Shown here: in pieces, positions 57,507 to 64,000 of the stretch | Numbering within the stretch: position 1 is the stretch's first letter | Layout of the letters: each line of letters begins with the position of its first letter | NCBI GenBank assembly: GCA_043821285.1 | Contig: JBDRCZ010000051.1 | Coordinates: 2,199-66,198 of the forward strand | Direction of reading: 5' to 3' | Source: Candidatus Omnitrophota bacterium | Lineage (GTDB): Bacteria; Omnitrophota; Gorgyraeia; B26-G9; JBDRCZ01 | DNA: 64,000 nt | Notes under the pieces: model-generated | What the model was told of the DNA's origin: nothing | What the model saw: only the letters and a program-made list of their open reading frames with translations | Database searches by the model: none | Program-made: the position numbers and the translations under genes

Positions 57507-58329
57507 TGAAAAGTTTAAAAACAATTATTCCTCATTATTTTTTAGCTACGGATTTACACGGATGGAACACGGATTTTTAATAATTAATTCATTTTTTGAC
57601 CCGTTTACCCTATTTTATACCCTCCCCGGATTTAATCAAAAGATTTTTTCTAAAAAAGATTGGGATAGGTTTAACATTGCAACGCTAATAGGGCAAGCGG
57701 TATAAGGTATTTAAGGATTCATTTTATTTTTAACAACAAATATCACCAATTACACGAATATGGTAAGTATCTTTTATTTGTGATGTTTGTGTGATTTGTT
57801 GTTTAAAAAAAAATTATTTTTTATGCTCTAATGTAAAGCTCAGCAATACGTTGTAAATTTTTTTATTCTCACACAGAGCCACAGCGCTCACAGAGTTTTT
57901 TTTAATTTCTGACCAGCTGGTACAGACTTTTCTGCGTATTGATTATTGTTTTAAATATTATCGGAAAGATATTTAAATTTTTTCTCATCCTTGGGATATT
58001 CGCAGCCTTGATTGTTTGGTTGATGATTAAATTTAATCTTATCAGTTTTTGAACCTAAGACATAAGACAGAAATTTTTGATTTTTATTAATCCCCCGCCA
58101 AGCCACAAAGCTTACAAGAAAAATTTATGTAGATAATTTTTTGTTCCCCGCCCAAAAAAATATTTTTGTTTTGAATTTAGTTTATGTTTAGAGTAAAATA
58201 TATGCTGTATATCGTATGTCGTGAGGCTTGTTGTTAAGCGGGTACCGTTTGTCGGTACAGAGAGTGGATAGAAATATACAACGGGACTTTGTCTCAAGGT
58301 CTGTGATCATCCCTGCCTGTGGCAGGCAG

Positions 58330-58416
58330 GAGTATCTTTCAATCTGCGATCATGAGGAAAAAGAAGAGAAAGAGTTGTTTCCGCTTGTAAAGAAATATGA
58401 GGTTGAGTTAGAATAA
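58330..58416 (+). pseudogene. Possible hemerythrin-like C-terminal remnant
   Basis: HEEKEEKELFP matches the HxxxEExxLFP motif. Nothing recognisable upstream. Confidence 0.35.
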
Positions 58417-58440
58417 TATGGCGGCCAGTAGTGATTAGAT

Positions 58441-59223
58441 ATGATAGATACGTATTGCGTGAAAAAAATATTAATTTTTTTAGTGATTGTTTTAACCGCG
58501 CAGGTTAGTTATGCCGAAGAAACTGGGGAAAAGACATGGAATAGAATTCTCGGGATCGGATGGTTAGCGTATAATGGCCCGTATAAAGATAAAGACGCTG
58601 ACCTGGCACCGGTTTTGATTACCTTTTGGCAGCAAGACCGGGTTTTTATCCGTGGGTCAAAAGCCGGGTATGTCGTGGGAAAACTAAAAGACTTAAATCA
58701 AACAGAGATTGACCTGTATATTGAACCGCGCTTTATGGGATATTCTGCCGAAGATAGTGCTGTGTTTCAAGGGATGTCTGATAGAAAATATTCAGCGGAT
58801 ATTGGGGTGCAGTTTAAAGGGAAGCTGCCGGATTTAAAAGATGTATCCGTTAATGTTTCCCTGTCCACGGATTTACTGGCTAAGCATGAAGGTCAGGAGA
58901 TAAAACTTGAGTTGTTAAAATCCTTTGACCATGGCTTTTATTTTTTAAGACCAGGGATCGGGGTGGAGTGGCAAAGCAAGGATATGGTGGATTATTATTA
59001 TGGGGTGTGCGGAGAAGAGGTGACGACAATTAGGTTTGAATATTCGCCGAATGATGCGATAAATTTTTATACGGGCATAGATGGTTATCTGGGCTTGTCC
59101 GAGAACTGGCTTTTAGTAGGAAATGTCTGTGTTTATTTTTTGCATAAGGCAATTAAGAATAGCCCGATTGTGGATAGTGCATATGCCCTGCGCGGGATTG
59201 TTGGGGTTAGTAGAAAATTTTGA
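58441..59223 (+). CDS. MipA/OmpV family outer membrane protein
   Basis: Signal peptide, PY, GM.DR, D.L..H.G, W.S...VDYYYGV, C-terminal Phe. Confidence 0.85.
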   Translation: MIDTYCVKKILIFLVIVLTAQVSYAEETGEKTWNRILGIGWLAYNGPYKDKDADLAPVLITFWQQDRVFIRGSKAGYVVGKLKDLNQTEIDLYIEPRFMGYSAEDSAVFQGMSDRKYSADIGVQFKGKLPDLKDVSVNVSLSTDLLAKHEGQEIKLELLKSFDHGFYFLRPGIGVEWQSKDMVDYYYGVCGEEVTTIRFEYSPNDAINFYTGIDGYLGLSENWLLVGNVCVYFLHKAIKNSPIVDSAYALRGIVGVSRKF

Positions 59224-59396
59224 TATAACTTCGTATTGAGTATTGCGTATCGAGTATTAAGCATAAAAAGACGATAATAAAAAACGCAATACTCACGACG
59301 CAATACACAATACAGAAAATTACGTTACTGTAACCGATACCAAAATGCTGAAGAACTACTCTATCGGCAGGCATTTGGCAAGGAGCGGATGTAGGC

Positions 59397-59942
59397 ATGG
59401 CGCGGGTACGCGGGATACATATTATTGCTATTTTAGAGTATCTTAAGAAAAAAGGGGTAAATAACCAGGTTTTATCTGCTTTGGGTGAACAGAAATATAA
59501 GATTGATCACGGACTAAACCCCTATGAATGGTATTCGATTGAAGAAATAGAAACCCCCTTACTTGAGGCCGCGGATAAGATTATTGGCAAAGGTAATGAA
59601 CAGTTTTTTATTGATATGGGCTGGTATGATGCGGAGTATAATGCGAAGTGGTATCTTAAGCTCTTTTTTAAATTCATATCACCCTCGGGAATGATCAAGA
59701 AACTGCCGACCTTATGGAGTATATACTTTGATACCGGCGGGATTAATATTATCTCCTTAGATAAAAATTCTGCCATGTGCCGGTTGATAGATATTCATAC
59801 CATATCTTTGCTTGATCTTAAAATTAAAGGCTGGATTCTCTATGCCTTAGAAAAGGCCGGGGCAAAAAATGTGCGATGTGATATCACTAAAGGCAGCGAA
59901 AATAATAAGGAATATACGGAGTTGGGGATGGAATGGGAGTGA
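59397..59942 (+). CDS. DUF2378/V4R-like small ligand-sensing protein
   Basis: VRG, WY..E, G...A, P...I...P.LW..YFD.G, GW...LE.AGA. Confidence 0.55.
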   Translation: MARVRGIHIIAILEYLKKKGVNNQVLSALGEQKYKIDHGLNPYEWYSIEEIETPLLEAADKIIGKGNEQFFIDMGWYDAEYNAKWYLKLFFKFISPSGMIKKLPTLWSIYFDTGGINIISLDKNSAMCRLIDIHTISLLDLKIKGWILYALEKAGAKNVRCDITKGSENNKEYTELGMEWE

Positions 59943-60099
59943 GGTAAAATGACAAAATCCAAATTTCAAATGAATCATTCAACAAAAAAATGACAAATGA
60001 AAGACAAAAGAATCGATTTTTTAAGATTAAAATATTTAGAGATTTATTTGGATTTTGGGTTTTGATATTTGGAATTCTTTGCGGGGTGAGGAGCAAAGC

Positions 60100-61155
60100 A
60101 TGGCTTTTATTGATGAATTAAAGGCACAGATTGAGCAGTTGAAGAGTGAAAAAAAAGAATACGAACAGTATGTGGAGAGGCAATTGACGCATATGATCGG
60201 GGTAATCTCCCAGATTGCCCTGGGTGATTATAACGTGCGCGCGCAGTATGAAAAGGAAGATGATTTTGCCGCATTGGTTATGGGGATAAATATGATGATT
60301 GATGAGATAAATAAAAAGGTGCGGGAGGAGCATACCCTTGCGGCAATTGCCACCGAAGCTGCCGAGGCAGAACGGGCAAAGGCGGAAGAGTTGCAAATGA
60401 CCTATGAGGAATTAAATAAGACTCAGGCACAATTAATTCATGGAGAGAAACTTTCTGCTCTCGGACAGATGGTTGCGGGAATCGCGCATGAACTACATAA
60501 TCCCCTGACAGTTATTTCCTGCGAGGCACAGATGTTGTTAAAGGAGGATCACCGTAAAGATGCAGAAAAGATTACAAAAATTATCCTCGAACAAACAGAA
60601 AGAATTAAAGCAATAATTGAGACACTGTTAGAATTTTCCCGCGTGCGGCCGGCGCAATATGCACCCTTAGACGTAAATAATGTAGTGGAAAAATCTATTT
60701 CCCTGCTGATGTATCAGGCGGAGATTGAAGGCAAAGAGATCATAACAGAACTGAATGCTGGTCTTCCAACAATACTCGCGGATAATACCCAGCTGCAACA
60801 GGTATTTTTGAATATAATGTTGAATGCCGTGCAGGCAATGGAACGCGGGGGAAAAATAACCGTACAAACCCGCAAAGAAAATGTGCCAGAAGATAAAAAA
60901 GAAGATGTAGAAAAATTTACCCCGGGGCGAGAACTTGCGGTGGTGGCAATTGAAGATACCGGCAAAGGCATGGATGCCGGAACCAGAGAAAAGGTATTTA
61001 TGCCGTTTTTTTCGACCAAAGAACAGGGTACCGGGCTGGGACTGGCGATTTGCCAGAAGATTGTCGAAGAGCATAAAGGAGTTATTGAGATCGATAGCAG
61101 ATTGGACGCGGGCACACGATTTATTATTAAATTACCGGCGATAAGCAGGAGATAA
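60100..61155 (+). CDS. Cytoplasmic two-component histidine kinase (NtrB-like)
   Basis: EKLSALG.M.AGIAHEL.NP, QVFLN...NA.QA, D.G.G, F.PFFSTK..GTGLGL. ATG after GAGGAG. Confidence 0.92.
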   Translation: MAFIDELKAQIEQLKSEKKEYEQYVERQLTHMIGVISQIALGDYNVRAQYEKEDDFAALVMGINMMIDEINKKVREEHTLAAIATEAAEAERAKAEELQMTYEELNKTQAQLIHGEKLSALGQMVAGIAHELHNPLTVISCEAQMLLKEDHRKDAEKITKIILEQTERIKAIIETLLEFSRVRPAQYAPLDVNNVVEKSISLLMYQAEIEGKEIITELNAGLPTILADNTQLQQVFLNIMLNAVQAMERGGKITVQTRKENVPEDKKEDVEKFTPGRELAVVAIEDTGKGMDAGTREKVFMPFFSTKEQGTGLGLAICQKIVEEHKGVIEIDSRLDAGTRFIIKLPAISRR

Positions 61156-61156
61156 G

Positions 61157-61774
61157 ATGCGAGATATTTTTAATGAACGCATTAATAAAAATAAACAAAA
61201 AGCTATCTCGATATTGGAAATACTGATCATATTGGCAATCGTGGCGGTTATGCTGGGAGCAATGGTTCCGATAATGACATCTTTTACTGAACAAAGACAA
61301 TTAGAAACCGCAGCAGTTACTTTGCTCGGAGACCTAAGACAGACTTATCAGTTTTCCCGTACACAACGAGATGGTTATAAATATTATGGACTTCGCTTTT
61401 ATAACAATCTGGGGGAAGGTGGAGACCGTTTTGGGTACAAGATAATCCGCTATGAACCCCCAGACGGCACTCCTCCGCAGGATTATATGCCGCCGGTAAC
61501 GCTTGCGAATTTTAGCGTGATAAAAGGTCCTGATCCCGTGGATAATCATGAGCTTTTGGAAAATACATTTTTTGGGCCAAGAGTGGTTATTGATGCGAGT
61601 AGTGAGTTTCATGTTGGCGTTGTGGAAGATATTATCTTTACCCCGGAAGGCGCAGCAACGTATGATGGATTAAAGTTGCTTACCCCCAGCAACGACGAGA
61701 TTGTCCTTTCGGTAAATGGGAATACGAAAACAATAACCATACAACCATTAACCGGAAATATTAGAATACAGTAG
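61157..61774 (+). CDS. Minor pilin / pseudopilin (FimT/GspH-like)
   Basis: KA/ISILEILIILAIV, I.F.P.G, TG.I. Confidence 0.8.
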   Translation: MRDIFNERINKNKQKAISILEILIILAIVAVMLGAMVPIMTSFTEQRQLETAAVTLLGDLRQTYQFSRTQRDGYKYYGLRFYNNLGEGGDRFGYKIIRYEPPDGTPPQDYMPPVTLANFSVIKGPDPVDNHELLENTFFGPRVVIDASSEFHVGVVEDIIFTPEGAATYDGLKLLTPSNDEIVLSVNGNTKTITIQPLTGNIRIQ

Positions 61775-61775
61775 A

Positions 61776-62291
61776 ATGAAATTTAGTAAAGGACTTACAT
61801 TCTTAGAGATTATTATCGCCCTGTCACTGTTTACGATTGCCTTACTTGGCATTTTTCAAATGTTTAATATGGCTTTGAATGCCGGATACCGGGCAACGCA
61901 GGAAACTATTGCCACAAACCTTGCCCGCGGACTGATGAACGAAATAATGAGTAAGAATTTTGAAGACCCCATGGAGCCTGGCACGGATATTGGCCCAAAT
62001 ACCGAAGAAATTACCCGTAGTCACTTTGATGATGTAGATGATTATCATGGATTAACGGAGTCACCTCCGGTCACAGTCGGGGGAGCAGACATGGATGGAA
62101 CCGGGGAGCCCCCTTTACCTGATTATTCAGATTTTACCCGTAACGTTACCGTTGTTTATTGTAACATCGATGGGGCGAATAATATTGTAGTAAGTGGTAG
62201 TCCTACTAATTATAAACAGATCAAAGTGACGGTCAGCGGTCCGTATACCCGGGATATTCTTATAGATGCCGTTAAGGCAAGAGTGCCTTAG
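61776..62291 (+). CDS. Minor pilin (PilV/MshD-like)
   Basis: KG/LTFLEIIIAL, A..LA...M.EI, FDDVDDY.G, YK.I.VTV. Confidence 0.85.
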   Translation: MKFSKGLTFLEIIIALSLFTIALLGIFQMFNMALNAGYRATQETIATNLARGLMNEIMSKNFEDPMEPGTDIGPNTEEITRSHFDDVDDYHGLTESPPVTVGGADMDGTGEPPLPDYSDFTRNVTVVYCNIDGANNIVVSGSPTNYKQIKVTVSGPYTRDILIDAVKARVP

Positions 62292-62322
62292 AGGAAATTT
62301 TTTATTTGAAGGAACAGGTTTT

Positions 62323-63543
62323 ATGTTGTTGATCCCAATATTAGCCTTAGGGATTATTGCCATGGTAATTCTTGCGGCGGTATTATTAAGGAAGAATATT
62401 AATTTAAATAAAAAGTCGCAGGTATTGGAAAAAGAAATTGCCATCCAGAGCGATAAACTAAGTTACCAGAAAAAAACCTACTCGGAAGCAGCAAATTATT
62501 TTTATTCGACCATGGTAATCATTATCGAGATTATCCGGGAAATAGAAAGTGTACTGAGGTCCGAAGAGGGGGATTTGTCCGAGAAGGTGTTGCAGATCAT
62601 TTTTGAAAAGGTAAAGACCATCCTTGATCCTCAAAAATGTGTGCTGTTTACGATAAATAATGCTAACCATACTTCAGCTTGTCTTTATGCGTTTGGCTAT
62701 GATCAAGAGAAATTAGACAGCCTGAATCCTTCCATTGATGCGGACAATAGTTTTTTAGGCTGGACCGCGGTTACCGGCAGGTTTCTTTCCATATCCGATG
62801 CAAAACACGATTCGGTTTTGCGCCACCTAATTGATACTGACCCCATTGGCTGTCATTATGCCCAGCCGTTTAAGGTACAGAATAAAGTCAGAGCGGTTCT
62901 TTGCGTGGGAGAAATTAAGCAAAACATGCAGGATGATTTTATATTACGGCTGTTTTCGATATTATCGAACATTACCGCAATATCATTAAATAATGCCTCA
63001 CTCACGCAGCAATTAAGGGAATTATCCGTAAAAGACGGACTAACCGGAGTGTATAATCATAGTTATTTTCAGAAGTGGCTTAAAAACGCCCTCGCAGAGT
63101 TAAATGGGAAAAATACAACCCTTTCTTTGGCGATGGTCGATTTAGATAATTTTAAAACGATAAATGATACTTATGGACATCAGACGGGAGATCTTATGTT
63201 GCAAGCCGTAACTAGTGCGTTGAATAGTATAAAAACCCCGGATTATATTTGTGCCCGATATGGCGGGGATGAATTTGTTTTAGGGTTTAAGAATAAGGAT
63301 ATTAATCAAACACAGGCAATTATGACCAGGGTTAGAGAAAAAATCGCACAGGAACTATTTTCATTGCAAAATAATGGGATTAGCGTTACCATAAGTATCG
63401 GCGTTGCCGAAGCACGGTTTTCGGAAAATAAAAAAATAAATAAAACAGATCTGATTAAATCAGTAGATCAGGCATTGTATCAGGCAAAGGCTGCCGGGAG
63501 AAATACAGTGGTGATCGCAGATATTAGTTCGTATTGTGTATAA
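62323..63543 (+). CDS. Diguanylate cyclase (TM-GAF-GGDEF)
   Basis: DGLTG.YN, DLDNFK.INDTYGH..GD, RYGGDEF, T.SIG, D.ALY.AK..GRN. Confidence 0.93.
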   Translation: MLLIPILALGIIAMVILAAVLLRKNINLNKKSQVLEKEIAIQSDKLSYQKKTYSEAANYFYSTMVIIIEIIREIESVLRSEEGDLSEKVLQIIFEKVKTILDPQKCVLFTINNANHTSACLYAFGYDQEKLDSLNPSIDADNSFLGWTAVTGRFLSISDAKHDSVLRHLIDTDPIGCHYAQPFKVQNKVRAVLCVGEIKQNMQDDFILRLFSILSNITAISLNNASLTQQLRELSVKDGLTGVYNHSYFQKWLKNALAELNGKNTTLSLAMVDLDNFKTINDTYGHQTGDLMLQAVTSALNSIKTPDYICARYGGDEFVLGFKNKDINQTQAIMTRVREKIAQELFSLQNNGISVTISIGVAEARFSENKKINKTDLIKSVDQALYQAKAAGRNTVVIADISSYCV

Positions 63544-63717
63544 GAAAGCAGAAGGCGGAAGACAGACGGCAGAAAAGATGACGAATGACGAAACAAAAAA
63601 CAACAATACATAAAAAATTTCTTACTGTTGCTAAATAGTAACATTTTAGAGCAATACCTCTGTAGTCTTACTACAAAAGTAGTCAAGAAGAGAGAAATTT
63701 TTTTATAAGGAGTAAAC

Positions 63718-64000
63718 ATGGATATTGAAGAATTGATGTCTATGACTAAAGAAAGAGAGGCTTCGGATTTGATCTTGACCGCGGGTAGTCCTCCGATACT
63801 TAGAATAGATAAAAGAATCGTATTTACAAAACTTTCCGCACTTTCTCCCGGACAGATCGATAAGTTGCTTGAGCCGCTCATGGATGAAGATAAAAAGGCG
63901 AGATTTAAAAAATCATCAGAGGTTAGCTTTATTTATTCGATGAGCGGGTGGGGAAGATTTCGGGTAACGGTTTTTAAACAGAGAGGTTCCGCGGCAATTG
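63718..64000 (+). CDS. pilT: PilT/PilU family retraction ATPase (3'-truncated by window edge)
   Basis: MDIEELM...ASDL.LTAG.PP.LRID...GRFRV.VFKQRG. SD AAGGAG. Absent from the ORF track because it has no stop in the window. Confidence 0.85.
   Translation, partial: MDIEELMSMTKEREASDLILTAGSPPILRIDKRIVFTKLSALSPGQIDKLLEPLMDEDKKARFKKSSEVSFIYSMSGWGRFRVTVFKQRGSAAI

Noticed and set aside
58312-58330. Short GC palindromes (CCTGCCTGTGGCAGGCAGG; also 14531-14547, 27733-27752, 50747-50762)
   Set aside because: Probably REP-like inserts, but too short and varied to define a family from this window.
1165-63881. Numerous antisense or alternate-frame ORFs overlapping housekeeping genes
   Set aside because: Shadow ORFs with no recognisable motifs. 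For example, 63480-63881 is antisense to pilT.

Overview
A chromosomal window from a diderm bacterium. The gene set suggests the PVC superphylum, probably Omnitrophota (inference from the lipid A genes with an LpxC-FabZ fusion, Zn-ribbon SpoVG, a PilM-PilN fusion and many type IV pilins). The backbone is housekeeping: split transketolase with an FtsH-like protease between its halves; ispE-spoVG-tRNA-Gln; glmU-prs-rplY-pth-rpsF-ssb-rpsR-rplI-dnaB-bamA-skp-lpxD-lpxC/fabZ-lpxA-lpxI-nadE; a type IV pilus operon; gnnA-lpxB; pgeF; recQ; an ABC module; and a kinase/pilin/GGDEF/PilT cluster. There are two accessory islands. One (about 6.3-12.4 kb) holds decayed IS630 and IS701 copies, an AlbA_2 fragment, TPR and NTF2-like proteins, and a Cys-rich peptide next to a truncated SPASM enzyme. 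The other (about 14.2-17.1 kb) holds a DNA methyltransferase and an EVE-like/NucS-like nuclease at tRNA-Gln. The two most interesting observations are: (1) a three-gene module with a Soj/ParA ATPase fused to a glycogen-binding CBM48-type domain and a partner pseudo-ATPase carrying a ParB-like LGKGL peptide, a candidate glycogen-granule positioning system; and (2) a dense population of modular intergenic hairpin elements with covariation, cGNAg loops and signs of template switching. Two small mobile elements have boundaries that can be read exactly. All calls are by-eye recognition; no database searches were run.
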